DNA of 64,000 nt from Octopus vulgaris (GCA_951406725.2 OX597820.1:7564001-7628000); one strand, 5' to 3'. Shown: positions 41,363 through 55,308, counted from the first letter of the stretch. The notes: generated from the letters alone by a model not told the origin. Numbers and translations are program-made.

Positions 41363-42030
41363 CATTTATGTAAGTATGTATGTAAGTATGTATGCATGTA
41401 TATATGTATGTATGTTTGTATGTATGTTTGTATGTATGTATGCATGTATGTATATATGTATGTGTGTGTGTATGTATGTATGTTTGTGTGTATGTTTGTG
41501 TGTGCATGTATGTATGTATGTATGTATGTATGTATGCATGTATGTATATATGTATGTATGTATGTTTGATTGTATGTATGTATGTTTGTATGTATATATG
41601 TATGTATGTTTGTATGTATGTATGTATGTATGTTTGTATGTATGTATGTATGTATGTATGTATGTGTGTATGTATGTATGTATATATGTATGTATGTGTG
41701 TATGTGTGTATGTATGTATGTATGTATGCATGTATGCATGTATGTATGTATGTATGTATGTATGTATGTATGTATGTATGTATGTATGTACATTTGTATG
41801 TATGCATGTATGTATGTATGCATGTATGTATGTGTATCTGTGTATGTATGTATGTATGTATGTATGTATGTGTGTATGTATGTATGTATATATGTATGTA
41901 TGTGTGTATGTGTGTATGTATGTATGTATGTATGTATGTATGTATGTATGTATGTATGTATGTATGTATGTATGTATGTATGTATGTATGTATGTATGTA
42001 TGTATGTACATTTGTATGTATGCATGTATG
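41293..42030. repeat. (TA)n plus ~680 bp (TATG)n
   Basis: Direct reading; source of the 200-aa HTYI and MYVC ORFs. Confidence 0.95.
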
Positions 42031-42362
42031 TATAAAGAACTATGTATACTTATCTAGTGAAATATATTTATGAAAATGGTAAATCATTAGTTGCATTCCC
42101 TCTCTATCTTAATTCCAGCCGTATATGATACACGAAACTTGATGCAGTGATATATCGAGACAAGAGAATATGTTTATGTATGTAACAACACGGAATAAGT
42201 AAAACAAAACACCTGCTGAAATATATCTCTCCCATACAAACTCACGCGCATAGAAACGTCTATGCACACATAGATACATACTTACATATATATATATATA
42301 TATGTATGTATATGTATATATATATATATATGTGTGTATATATACATATATATATATGTATA

Positions 42363-42471
<109 letters not shown>

Positions 42472-42736
42472 ACATATATGTATATATATATGTGTATATA
42501 TATATATATATAATGTATATATATATGTATATAATTTAAGTAATCAGAAAATGGAGAAAACTTTAGATCAACAAATAAATTGGACCTCATCTATAGATTA
42601 TTTTTTAATGCAAAACATGACAACATTTCTGTGACATAACAGTTCTTGCGGCCGTTTCCGCTTCCAATGGTGTCAGTCGGTGCCTTGGAAAGAATTACGA
42701 AAACAGTATTCCTCATCTTCATAGGATATTCGAACT

Positions 42737-43333
42737 AGACCAATATGCTGGTACAGAATTAAGTCCAGATTACGGCGAGTGTCAACAAGCACATCCGTGG
42801 TATAAAAGGTACAGGAAAAATAACATAAAACAAAATAAATAATGTTAAAATTTAAAATTTGAAATTTGAATTAGTTTTTGGGAGTCATAACATTGTGGTT
42901 GAATAACTCTTATCCTCTATGTTCTTAAATAAGCTCGTGAATAAAATATCTGGCATTTGTAAAAGGGGTTCGTTGGTTATATTAAGGAGTCTTAATTAGT
43001 ATAAGTTGTAGGTAGCTGATATGGGTGGGCCCTAAACTCAGAATTTGGGTAAAAGGAGACAGGTATGCTATAAAACTTGCAAGGGCCCCGGTATTACTAC
43101 TAGCAAACTAACTTTAATTAAGGAGCATATATATATAGCCTTCAAATTACTATTAAGGCTACTATTTCTATGGTGTGGGGTACTTGCTGCTATTTTGTGG
43201 TGGTATAAGAGTTTCTAATGATATTTACATTTATTTTGTTTCATATTATTTTCCTGTACCCTTTAAACCATGGATGTGCTTGTTGACACTTGCTGTAATC
43301 TGGACTTAACTCTGTACCAGCATATTGGTCTAC
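42737..43333. repeat. ~90 bp inverted repeat pair with ~420 bp spacer
   Basis: tagaccaatatgctggtacaga..ggtacaggaaaaataa / ttatttttcctgtacc..tctgtaccagcatattggtcta. Confidence 0.8.
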
Positions 43334-43857
43334 CTCCACTTAAAATAGACCCTAATAGTCCTACCCAATTATGAACAACATTACCCTACTGTAGGATTTA
43401 TTTTATTCAACCCAGTGTTACCTTTCTCCACCATAGATTGTATGGGTCTGTACTTGGACACTTCAGAGGTTTTACTTCCCAGGAGATATTTGTAAACTTG
43501 GGTTTATTATGCAGGATTGAAAGTGTAATTTGTTGGTGGACCTAGTAAGGCTGCACCCACGTAAGGGTCAATATAATTATTAAATATAATGATATAAACA
43601 ATCTAAGTTTCTAGGATAATGTAACACATACTAAGTAAATTTAGTAAACTGTGCTGGAGCCTGAGAATTTGATTAATCTCAGCGATTAACATAGGATTTG
43701 ATCGTAAATCTTAATCACTGAAATGTTTGTGGTTTTTTGCTTCTGCCCTTTCGTATACTATATATATGTGTGTTTATATATATATATATATATATTTGTG
43801 TGTGTATATAGTTGTGTTCTACGTATGTGTATATGCATGTGTATATATATATACGTT

Positions 43858-44480
43858 TAAATATTTGTTGTGCAAGATTTTTTATGTGAAGTCGTGTGTT
43901 GAAACAGATATTGTTATATTTCGGAATGGTCATATTGCCAGTTTAGCCAATAAAAACACACGCACTATATATTTGGTGTTATTTTGCTTCAGTGATATTT
44001 ATTTTTTACATTAATCTTAATCTTATTTCGGCCAAAGTTCTTTCGTCACACTCCTGTGACCGCATCAGTGGTCCTTTGTTTTCTTCTCACTTATTTGTGT
44101 CTCTCCTTACTAACCGTCAGCCATTTTGTAATTCTATTGCATGTCTTCATTTGCGCATGCTTATATCTCTATGTGCGTCTATGTTTATTTATTTAAAAGC
44201 TCATCGATTCTGTACCAACACCCCGAACAGGAACACGGGGGATCAATCAATAACATAGAGATTAAGATATTGTCCACACATAGAACAGATGCAACAATTA
44301 GACAAATTACAGAAGCTACACATATAATAGAAAATAAACCTAGCCTGAATAGAACACTAGAATGGAGCAATAGCACACACCACAACATATGACGATAGAG
44401 GATCCTGAAAACATAATAAATACTCAGATAAATAAACAGATAGAAATGAATAACTATATATATGTATATATATCTATGTA

Positions 44481-44525
<45 letters not shown>

Positions 44526-45033
44526 GTGTATATATATATATTTTTTTTTTTTTTTCGATTAGATTTATTATTATTATTACTAATATTGTTGTTATACATA
44601 CATACAAGCATATGTAATGATAATAATGGGTGGATGTAAACACATGAACAAAATTAGAACAAAAGCAACAACAACGAAAACAAAATACAAATTACAAGAA
44701 TGTATATAAACAGAAGAAACAAATATTACAGGCATCCCCCCACACACACACACACACTAAATAAACATAGACGCACATAGAGATATAAGCATGCGCAAAT
44801 GAAGACATGCAATAGAAATACAAAATGGCTGACGGTTAGTTAGGAGAGACACAAATAAGTGAGAAGAAAACAAAGGACCACTGATGCGGTCACAGAAGTG
44901 TGAGGAAAGAACTTTGGCCGAAATAAGATTAAGATTAATGTAAAAAATAAATATCACTGAAGCAAAATAGCACCAAATATATAGTGCGTGTGTTTTTATT
45001 GGCTAAACTGGCAAAATGACCATTCCGAAATAT

Positions 45034-45041
<8 letters not shown>
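43858..45041 (+). mobile_element. 5'-truncated Penelope-like insertion with inverted pseudo-LTR
   Basis: Inverted arms 43908-44192 and 44758-45041 enclose a GIY-YIG C-terminal remnant (IKILSTH..IRQITEATHIIENKPSLN, 44200-44392). Both ends lie in TA-rich tracts. Confidence 0.8.
44032..44071 (-). ncRNA. Hammerhead-like motif with CUGAUGC core (second copy 44878-44917, +)
   Basis: cca-CTGATGC-g-gtcaca(ggag)tgtgac-GAAA-g(aa)c-TT-tgg. Confidence 0.55.
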
Positions 45042-45093
<52 letters not shown>

Positions 45094-45292
45094 GTATGTA
45101 AGTATGTATGCATGTATTTATGTATGTATGTATATATGTAGGTATGTATGTGTGTATGCATGCATGTATGTATGTATAGATAACTATGTATACTTATCTA
45201 TTGAAATATATTTATGAAAGTGGTAAATCATTAGTTGCATTCCCTCTCTATCTTAATTCCAGCCGTATATGATACACGAAACTTGATGTAGT

Positions 45293-45349
<57 letters not shown>

Positions 45350-45414
45350 TCATAAATGAGGGTGAAAAATTAGATATTAATTTAATAATACCATCAGACT
45401 CTCTTATATTTACG

Positions 45415-45445
<31 letters not shown>

Positions 45446-45547
45446 TCGGGGTGAGCACTTGATAATTGTAAGCACCTGTATATACCGTTTGGTGGTGTAG
45501 GTGGAGGAGTAAATTGATCAAAATAAAAACATGATGCCAAGGATTCA

Positions 45548-45625
45548 GCGGTACATATGTTTCGGGCCTTTATTAGACAGATTTATAACAATGCATAATG
45601 TATGTCTGTGGCCTTCTTCAGCCGC
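45548..45625 (-). ncRNA. Type I hammerhead ribozyme
   Basis: Reverse complement of 54433-54510. Confidence 0.82.
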
Positions 45626-47538
45626 GCACAACAACTTCCACAAGGACATGTGTTACATCAAAAATTCTTGGTTGGGGATGCAAATCCTCTCATTCGCGTA
45701 TGAAATTAGGCGGCAGCAGCATAGAATTGAAGCGTCCATCTCGTTCTTCTCTCAATGTAGAATGAGGGAATTTAGATGTTGAAGTAATGTAAGTAAATTA
45801 ACAAATAAATACATATATAGACGTGAAGGGACCTGGTGATGAGAGTAAATAGGGGTAAAGATGGAGGGGCGAGAATTCAGGACGAAGGATAAAAAAATAT
45901 ATAAAAAGTGTAAGTATAGAAAAATGTAAAAGTGTAGAGTATAAAGATATAAAGAGATATAAGGGGGTATAAAGAATATAAAAAAATATAAATGAATATA
46001 AGGGTATCAAGTTATAAAGTAAAAATAGAAATAGAAATAAAAGTAAAAGCAAAAAAATAAAAATAGGAATAAAAATAATAAAAAAATATATAAGGATAAG
46101 GAATGTATAGTGGTTACGGACCAAACATGGTGGTCAGGAAAATGACAAAATCCAGTTGTAGAACCAACAGGTGCGTCTGGGGACTTAGTGTGTTGTAAAT
46201 CAGATCTGTTGAGCGGTTAATCTAGTTCCTTGATTTAAGTGGTCATCTTGTACATACCTACCAGCATGGATACATACACCCATATACACGCGCACATATA
46301 CGCACGCATACATAGCTCCAAGCATATAAGCATACATACGTACTCACGTGTAAACATATACATATATACATACATACACACACACGCACATACATATATA
46401 CATATGCACATACACATATGCACACATACATGCACGTGTATACATATACATACATATGCACATACACACACCCATATATACATACGTACGTCCATCCTTA
46501 CATACACGTACACAGATGCCCACGCACACCGGTTTAGATATAAGGTAATAAAAGATGTGTATAAGAACGCATGTAAAGAATCACGCACTCACGTCTATAC
46601 GTACACGCACACACGGCTGTGTGTCTATATGTGCGTGTACATATACATCCACATGCACACACAGAGACATACGCGCGTATAGGTATAGCTATAAGATATT
46701 AAAAGATGTATACAAATGTGTGTAAATATATGCATATAAGAAATCTACGAAAAGATGTAAAAAAAAAGATGTAAAATACATGTAAAAAAATTGTAAAAAA
46801 ACCTGTAAAAATTTTTAAAATTTTTAAAGGTTATTAAGGGAAATATTAAAGAAAATTATTAAAAAAAGGGGTATGCACATCCAGACGTAGATGTGTACTC
46901 GTACATACGTACACATATGTATATGTATACACACGTACACGGACGCACGTATAATCATAAAGTAGATCCATAGGTGAGTAAATAAGTGATAAGCAAAAAA
47001 TAGACGTAAATAGAGATATAAAGCGATAAGTTAGGGGTAAAAATAGGAGTAAGAATGAGGGTAAGAATAAAACTTAGAAATAAAAGTAAGAAATACAGTA
47101 TAAAATAAGAAATACAATATAAAAGTTAGAAGTAAAATATAAAAATTATAAGACCTATATGAATTAAAAATAAAAAAAGAATAGGATAAAGTAAAATAAA
47201 ACTAAAATAGGATAAAGTAAAATAAAAATATAATCGGGTAAAACTTAACATGAGATGAAGGAAAAAATGAAGGTTATTGAAAGTGTAAAGTTAAAGGTGT
47301 GTGCTAAAGGTGACCACGTAGGGGCGGGCGGGGGGAACTGAAAATTGGAAGGGTGGGAAGTGGAGTTTGGCGGTGTGCGCTCAACATCCAAGTTAGAAAT
47401 GTGAAAAGGTATAGATATAGGGAAACAAAGAGTCTAGATAGGAAGAATGTCGGTGTAGGAGAAGAAATATATAGGGAAAAAATATATCTGGGAGACAAAA
47501 TGTGTATATATAGGAGGAAAAAGCAGGGAAATATATAT

Positions 47539-47609
<71 letters not shown>

Positions 47610-47724
47610 CATGTATATACACACACATACACATATACACGCACATATAGGAAAGCGGGATGCGCTGGAGCCGACAGGTTGCACCGGGTGGGAGGAAATT
47701 GCATGGGGGAGTTGGTATAATGGC

Positions 47725-48156
47725 CTAAGCTTTGTAGTATTTGAAAGTATTAATAAGTTTGTGTATACAGGATGGTTTGAATTCTGACCTTTTGTTAATA
47801 AGATTGTGTTTGTCTTTGAATTTCAAGATATTCAGGAGTTCTACACAGCATAGTTGGCATCCTGCTCTATTATTTAAATAAGGTGCAGCTGATCCGATGA
47901 TGGACCACCTGAGTTTGAAACCTATGCATTTGTCCTTTAATTCCCAAATTTTTTTAGAAAGAGAGGTGCTATTAGCCTTATGTCTGTATTTCAGCGAGGA
48001 CCGGTGGTTGTAGTATCTGGATTTCCAGGAGGTCGAGCAACCAATGTAGGTGAGTGTGTTAAACTGGGTACTCACCTCACATGAATATATTACATTTTTC
48101 GCCCTACATGCACCTCGTAGCGGACACTCGGTTGCACATATGCAGTTGCAGTGCAT
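47725..48156 (-). pseudogene. GIY-YIG endonuclease domain of PLE
   Basis: CNC..CPLRGAC, VIYSCEV..YIG, RYYNH, CQLC..E, LINKRSE..C.H. Confidence 0.9.
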
Positions 48157-49928
48157 TGCATTATTCGGTCGTGTGCTGTTAATCCCAGGCGGAGGTGTTG
48201 CATTACGTGTGGGGGTGTTGATATCCTCCTGGTTGCTGATAGGTGTGGTATTGCCTCCGTTGTGTTGGCGGGTGTTATTACTAACTGTTTGGGTAATATG
48301 GCTGCCAGTCTGATTATATTATCTACTGTCTGGATGAGGGGGTTTCGGTTGGTCGCTATAGCTTGATCTTGATCTAGCTGTTCTAATATTAATATGGTTA
48401 TGTTTAGCTATGAGGCAGCTCATGTTGGGCAGGGTAGAGTAGGAAATCCTAATGGTTTTGTTGGAGAAGATACTTCTATACTTATGGGTGGGTGGGAAGT
48501 TGTTGGAAATGATGGAGAATATTCTCTTACATAATTTGCCCCTAATTGCTAAGTTGTATGGTATGTTGTACCATATATATTTGCGTAATCTCCTATTATC
48601 ACTTCTATTTCTCTTAATGGGTCTATATTGCTCTCGTCGGGAGGGTTACTATTGTGTGCTATTCTATTAGTTCGCCTATTTCCTATACGTTGTTTAGAAT
48701 TTAAATTAGAATTATCGTTAGCATGAGTTGAGTGCGGAGTTCGATTATAGGTGGGAGTATTACGGCCGACGGGTGTTCCTGGGTGGTCTACATATGATAT
48801 TCTCTGGTCATACCCGGCACTATAGAGAGCCTGGTTGTAGTGTTGTGCATGATTATTGAAAATTTCTCTGTTAGAGGATAGTTTTGTAAGTCTGTCTGAG
48901 ATGGCTTGGACCGTGGTGCTAATTATACAGGGTGGATGGTTGGAAGAGGTGTGGATGTATTTGGTTGTTTCTTCGGGTTTCCTATACGGGTGGTGAAGGT
49001 GCTTATTCAAGTCTAACGTAACATCTAAGAAGTTTACTATTTTAGTATTGGTCATAAATTCTAGTTTAAGATTGAAGGATTTGAAAAAAAGCCTGATCTT
49101 TTTCCTAATTCTTTCTAGTTTACTCCTATTGTTGGTGGGGTATATGAAGAGAGCGTCATCCCTGTATAGACCCCCCCTGGAGATCCGGTACCTCGGAGAA
49201 AAGCTTCTTGAGTAGGTAGGCCCCGACCAAGTCAGTCACCTGAGCTGAATCGCTCGAGCCCATAGCCACATCAAAATTTTCGGGGGTATTGGATCTGGTC
49301 CAAAGTCTACCGTCGAATTCTATTATAATTTTTCTGGCTAATAGTATTATGTCAATTTTTTCTCTGTCTATGAGCGAAAGGCTGCGGGCATATATAAGGG
49401 ATTTGTTAAGTAAGATGGGGGATATACTGGCGTAGTAGTTAGCTATGTCGAACTGGATGAATGAGTAGTTGGGTCTGTTGGTGATTGTGTTAAACCATTC
49501 TAGCACATCGTCGGTGTTAATCCATAGTTGGAGTGGGATGTGGGGTTTGATGCGTGGGATCACCTAGTCCAGGATAGTCTTACTAAGTCTGCCGATATCC
49601 GATTTAGTCGGACAGATTAATCGTACTCCTATATTATCCGGGAAGTCTTTCTTATGGTCCTTAATAGTAATTTTGGGTACCTGTGGTTTAATCGGTTCCG
49701 TTCTGTCCAGGAGGTCTAATTTGGTCATAACTTCCTTGATTTTGTGGTTAATTTCCTTAAGGTTATCCGTAGAAGTAGTTTTATATTTTTTGCTAAGTTC
49801 CCTCATGATGAGCGATTTGTAGGTTTGGTAGTCCAACCTGTACCAGTTCCCAGTCTTGTCGGCGGGTATGATAAGACTATCATCGTTCCTAAGTGAATGC
49901 AGGAAATCTTTAAGGCTCCTTAAGTGGG

Positions 49929-52091
49929 TAGGAACGATGATAGTCTTATCATACCCGCCGACAAGACTGGGAACTGGTACAGGTTGGACTACCAAACCTA
50001 CAAATCGCTCATCATGAGGGAACTTAGCAAAAAATATAAAACTACTTCTACGGATAACCTTAAGGAAATTAACCACAAAATCAAGGAAGTTATGACCAAA
50101 TTAGACCTCCTGGACAGAACGGAACCGATTAAACCACAGGTACCCAAAATTACTATTAAGGACCATAAGAAAGACTTCCCGGATAATATAGGAGTACGAT
50201 TAATCTGTCCGACTAAATCGGATATCGGCAGACTTAGTAAGACTATCCTGGACAAGGTGATCCCACGCATCAAACCCCACATCCCACTCCAACTATGGAT
50301 TAACACCGACGATGTGCTAGATTGGTTTAACACAATCACCAACAGACCCAACTACTCATTCATCCAGTTCGACATAGCTAACTACTACGCCAGTATATCC
50401 CCCATCTTACTTAACAAATCCCTTATATATGCCCGCAGCCTTTCGCTCATAGACAGAGAAAAAATTGACATAATACTATTAGCCAGAAAACTATAATAGA
50501 ATTCGACGGTAGACTTTGGACCAGATCCGATACCCCGAAAATTTTGATGTGGCTATGGGCTCGAGCGATTCAGCTCAGGTGACTGACTTGGTCGGGGCCT
50601 ACCTACTCAAGAAGCTTTTCTCCGAGGTACCGGATCTTCAAGGGGGTCTATACAGGGATGACGCTCTCTTCATATACCCCACCAACAATAGGAGTAAACT
50701 AGAAAGAATTAGGAAAAAGATCAGGCTTTTTTTCAAATCCTTCAATCTTAAACTAGAATTTATGACCAATACTAAAATAGTAAACTTCTTAGATGTTACG
50801 TTAGACTTGAATAAGCACCTTCACCACCCGTATAGGAAACCCGAAGAAACAACCAAATACATCCACACCTCTTCCAACCATCCACCCTGTATAATTAACA
50901 CCACGGTCCAAGCCATCTCAGACAGACTTATAAAACTATCCTCTAACAGAGAAATTTTCAATAATCACGCACAACACTACAACCAGGCTCTCTATAGTCC
51001 TGGGTATGACCAGAGAATATCATATGTAGACCACCCAGGAACGTCCGTCGGCCGTAATACTCCCACTTATAATCGAACTCCGCACTCAACTCATGCTAAC
51101 GATAATTCTAATTTAAATTCTAAACAACGTATAGGAAATAGGCGAACTAATAGAATAGCACACAATAGTAACCCTCCCGACGAGAGCAATATAGACCCAT
51201 TAAGAGAAATAGAAGCGATAATAGGAGATTACGCAAATATATATGGTACAACATACCATACAACTTTGCAAATAGGGGCAAATTATGTAAGAGAATATTC
51301 TCTTTCATTTCCAACAACTTCCCACCCACCCATAAGTATAGAAGTATCTTCTCCAACAAAACCATTAGGATTTCCTACTCTACCCTGCCCAACATGAGCT
51401 GCCTCATAGCTAAACATAACCATATTAATATTAGAACAGCTAGATCAAGATCAAGCTATAGCGACCAACCGAAACCCCTCATCCAGACAGTAGATAATAT
51501 AATCAGACTGGCAGCCATATTACCCAAACAGTTAGTAATAACACCCGCCAACACAACGGAGGCAATACCACACCTATCAGCAACCAGGAGGATATCAACA
51601 CCCCCACACGTAATGCAACACCTCCGCCTGGGATTAACAGCACACGCCCGAATAATGCAATGCACTGCAACTGCATATGTGCAACCGAGTGTCCGCTACG
51701 AGGTGCATGTAGGGCGAAAAATGTAATATATTCATGTGAGGTGAGTACCCAGTTTAACACACTCACCTACATTGGTTGCTCGACCTCCTGGAAATCCAGA
51801 TACTACAACCACCGGTCCTCGCTGAAATACAGACATAAGGCTAATAGCACCTCTCTTTCTAAAAAAATTTGGGAATTAAAGGACAAATGCATAGGTTTCA
51901 AACTCAGGTGGTCCATCATCGGATCAGCTGCACCTTATTTAAATAATAGAGCAGGATGCCAACTATGCTGTGTAGAACTCCTGAATATCTTGAAATTCAA
52001 AGACAAACACAATCTTATTAACAAAAGGTCAGAATTCAAACCATCCTGTATACACAAACTTATTAATACTTTCAAATACTACAAAGCTTAG
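49929..52091 (+). pseudogene. Frameshifted RT-EN ORF, probably Hydra-clade PLE
   Basis: ORFs 49924-50496, 50516-51397, 51394-51726 and 51660-52091 are pieces of one frame. YRDD active site and a CxC linker before a C-terminal EN; clade call is inference. Confidence 0.85.
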
Positions 52092-52235
52092 GCCATTATA
52101 CCAACTCCCCCATGCAATTTCCTCCCACCCGGTGCAACCCCTCGGCTCCAGCGCATCCCGCTTTCCTTTATGTGCGTGTATGTGTGTATGTGTGTGTGTG
52201 TATATACGTGTATGTGTATACATATATATATATGC

Positions 52236-52267
<32 letters not shown>

Positions 52268-54432
52268 ATATATATTTCCCTGCATTTTCCTCCTATATAT
52301 ACACATTTTGTCTCCCAGATATATTTTTTTCCCTATATATTTCTTCTCCTACACCTACATTCTTCCTATCTAGACTCTTTGTTTCCCTATATCTATACCT
52401 TTTCACATTTCTAACTCGGATGTTGAGCGCACACCGCCAAACTCCACTTCCCACCCTTCCAATTTTCAGTTCCCCCCGCCCGCCCCTACCTGGTCACCTT
52501 TAGCACACACCTTTAACTTTACACCTTCAATAACCTTTATTTTTTCCTTCATCTCATGTTAAGTTTTACCCGATTATATTTTTATTTTACTTTATCCTAT
52601 TTTATTTTTATTTTACTTTATCCTATTCTTTTTTTATTTTTAATTCCTATAGGTCTTATAATTTTTATATTTTACTTCTAACTTTTATATTGTATTTCTT
52701 ATTTTATACTGTATTTCTTACTTTTATTTCTAAGTTTTATTCTTACCCTCATTCTTACTCCTATTTTTACCCCTAACTTATCGCTTTATATCTCTATTTA
52801 CGTCTATTTTTTGCTTATCACTTATTTACTCACCTATGGATCTACTTTATGATTATACGTGCGTCCGTGTACGTGTGTATACATATACATATGTGTACGT
52901 ATGTACGAGTACACATCTACGTCTGGATGTGCATACCCCTTTTTTTTAATAATTTTCTTTAATATTTCCCTTAATAACCTTTAAAAATTTTTTAAACTTT
53001 TTACAGGTTTTTCTACAATTTTTTTACATGTTTTTTTACATCTTTTTTTTACATCTTTTCGTAGATTTCTTATATGCATATATTTACACACATTTGTATA
53101 CATCTTTTAATATCTTATAGCTATACCTATACGCGCGTATGTCTCTGTGTGTGCATGTGGATGTATATGTACACGCACATATAGACACACAGCCGTGTGT
53201 GCGTGTACGTATAGACGTGAGTGCGTGATTCCTTACATGCGTTCTTATACACATCTTTTATTACCTTATATCTAAACCGGTGTGCGTGGGCATCTGTGTA
53301 CGTGTATGTAGGGATGGACGTACGTATGTATATATGGGTGTGTGTATGTGCATATGTATGTATATGTATACACGTGCATGTATGTGTGCATATGTGTATG
53401 TGCATATGTATATATGTATGTGCGTGTGTGTGTGTGTATGTATGTATATATGTATATGTTTACACGTGAGTACGTATGTATGCTTATATGCTTGGAGCTA
53501 TGTATGCGTGCGTATATGTGCGCGTGTATATGGGTGTATGTGTGCATATGTGTATGTGCATATGTATATATGTATGTGCGTGTGTGTGTATGTATGTATA
53601 TATGTATATGTACACGGATAATGTCCGGGTATATATACGCATATTCTGTTGTATGTATGTATATATGCGCATGTGTGTGGGTGTATATGGGTTTCTGTAT
53701 ATGTTTACACGTGAGTACGTATGTATGCTTATATGCTTGGAGCTGTGTATGCGTGCGTATATGTGCGCGTGTATATGGGTGTATGTATCCATGCTGGTAG
53801 GTATGTACAAGATGACCACTTAAATCAAGGAACTAGATTAACCGCTCAACAGATCTGATTTACAACACACTAAGTCCCCAGACGCACCTGTTGGTTCTAC
53901 AACTGGATTTTGTCATTTTCCTGACCACCATGTTTGGTCCGTAACCACTATACATCCCTTATCCTTATATATTTTTTTATTATTTTTATTCCTATTTTTA
54001 TTTTTTTGCTTTTATTTTTATTTCTATTTCTATTTTTACTTTATAACTTGATACCCTTATATTCATTTATATTTTTTTATATTCTTTATACCCCCTTATA
54101 TCTCTTTATATCTTTATACTCTACACTTTTACATTTTTCTATATTTACACTTTTTATATATTTTTTTATCCTTCGTCCTGAATTCTCGCCCCTCCATCTT
54201 TACCCCTATTTACTCTCATCACCAGGTCCCTTCACGTCTATATATGTATTTATTTGTTAATTTACTTACATTACTTCAACATCTAAATTCCCTCATTCTA
54301 CATTGAGAGAAGAACGAGATGGACGCTTCAATTCTATGCTGCTGCCGCCTAATTTCATACGCGAATGAGAGGATTTGCATCCCCAACCAAGAATTTTTGA
54401 TGTAACACATGTCCTTGTGGAAGTTGTTGTGC

Positions 54433-54510
54433 GCGGCTGAAGAAGGCCACAGACATACATTATGCATTGTTATAAATCTGTCTAATAAAGGCCCGAAACA
54501 TATGTACCGC
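54433..54510 (+). ncRNA. Type I hammerhead ribozyme
   Basis: gcgg-CTGAAGA-a-ggcc-acaga..tctgt..ggcc-c-GAAAC-atat-GTA-ccgc. Predicted cleavage after A54506; palindromic acatatgt. Confidence 0.85.
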
Positions 54511-54541
54511 TGAATCCTTGGCATCATGTTTTTATTTTGAT

Positions 54542-54586
<45 letters not shown>

Positions 54587-55177
54587 CATACGTTGCTGAG
54601 AATGTGTGTATACAAAGCGACGCTTTGAAGAATTCCATAGACTCCTGGTAGATGGCGCTGATTTGAAGAAATTCTAGAAAACATTGGTTGAATTTTCTTG
54701 GGTACGTGTACACATTTATTTGTTTGTCTCTTATTACCACCACTTGGAATTCTATTTGCTATCTACGATGTGAAATCTAGCATTATTTAAGTAGGTTTTT
54801 ATATATTTCTATGCACCTTCTGTACTAGTTGTCTCCCCTTAACTATAGAAAATTATTCCATTTTGTCTGACAGTATTTATCTATTTATTTATTCGTATTT
54901 ATGTTATGTTGAGAAGTTGCAAGAGGCCATGAGCGATAATATATGATTTATAAAAACATGTGACGTATAAATAATACCTGTAAATATAAAACCATCCAGA
55001 TTTCTGTGTACCTTATTTCTTCTAATATATATATAGAGAGAGAGAGAGAAAAAAGGGGGGGAGATACACATATATGTACATAAACATATATATATATATA
55101 TTTATGTGTTTGTGTATGTATGTATATATATATATAAATATTTGTACGTTTAAATATTCTGTACATATATGTGTGTA

Positions 55178-55237
<60 letters not shown>

Positions 55238-55308
55238 TCGCCATACTATTATTTTCCAGGAACGCTGCCGTGATCTCTTTTAGAGAGACTTAGTAATTTT
55301 AATATTTC

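Larger units (their letters stand above)
45441..49925 (-). mobile_element. Penelope-like element, left arm of the giant palindrome (5'-truncated)
   Basis: RT fragments at 49564-49925, 49156-49563 and 48549-49055; GIY-YIG at 47725-48156; ~2.3 kb 3' region ending in a hammerhead and (TA)n. Confidence 0.93.
49929..54545 (+). mobile_element. Penelope-like element, right arm of the giant palindrome (5'-truncated)
   Basis: PADKTGN, FDIANYY, AMGSSDS, GGLYRDD, NFLDVTLDL, SNHPP, then WYNIPY..FPPTH..ISYSTLPNM in a shifted frame, then GIY-YIG. Confidence 0.95.

Noticed and set aside
41240-42073. Long ORFs of 170-240 aa (MYVC/HTYI), and all similar YI/CV/HT ORFs
   Set aside because: Translations of stop-free microsatellites; not genes.
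49564-50076. ORF with a novel N-terminus fused to PLE RT
   Set aside because: The N-terminus is just the antisense of the right arm read across the palindrome centre.
49929-52091. Selenoprotein-type (Naiad) recoding
   Set aside because: EN is C-terminal and the interruptions are TAA/TAG and frameshifts, not in-frame TGA at Cys positions.
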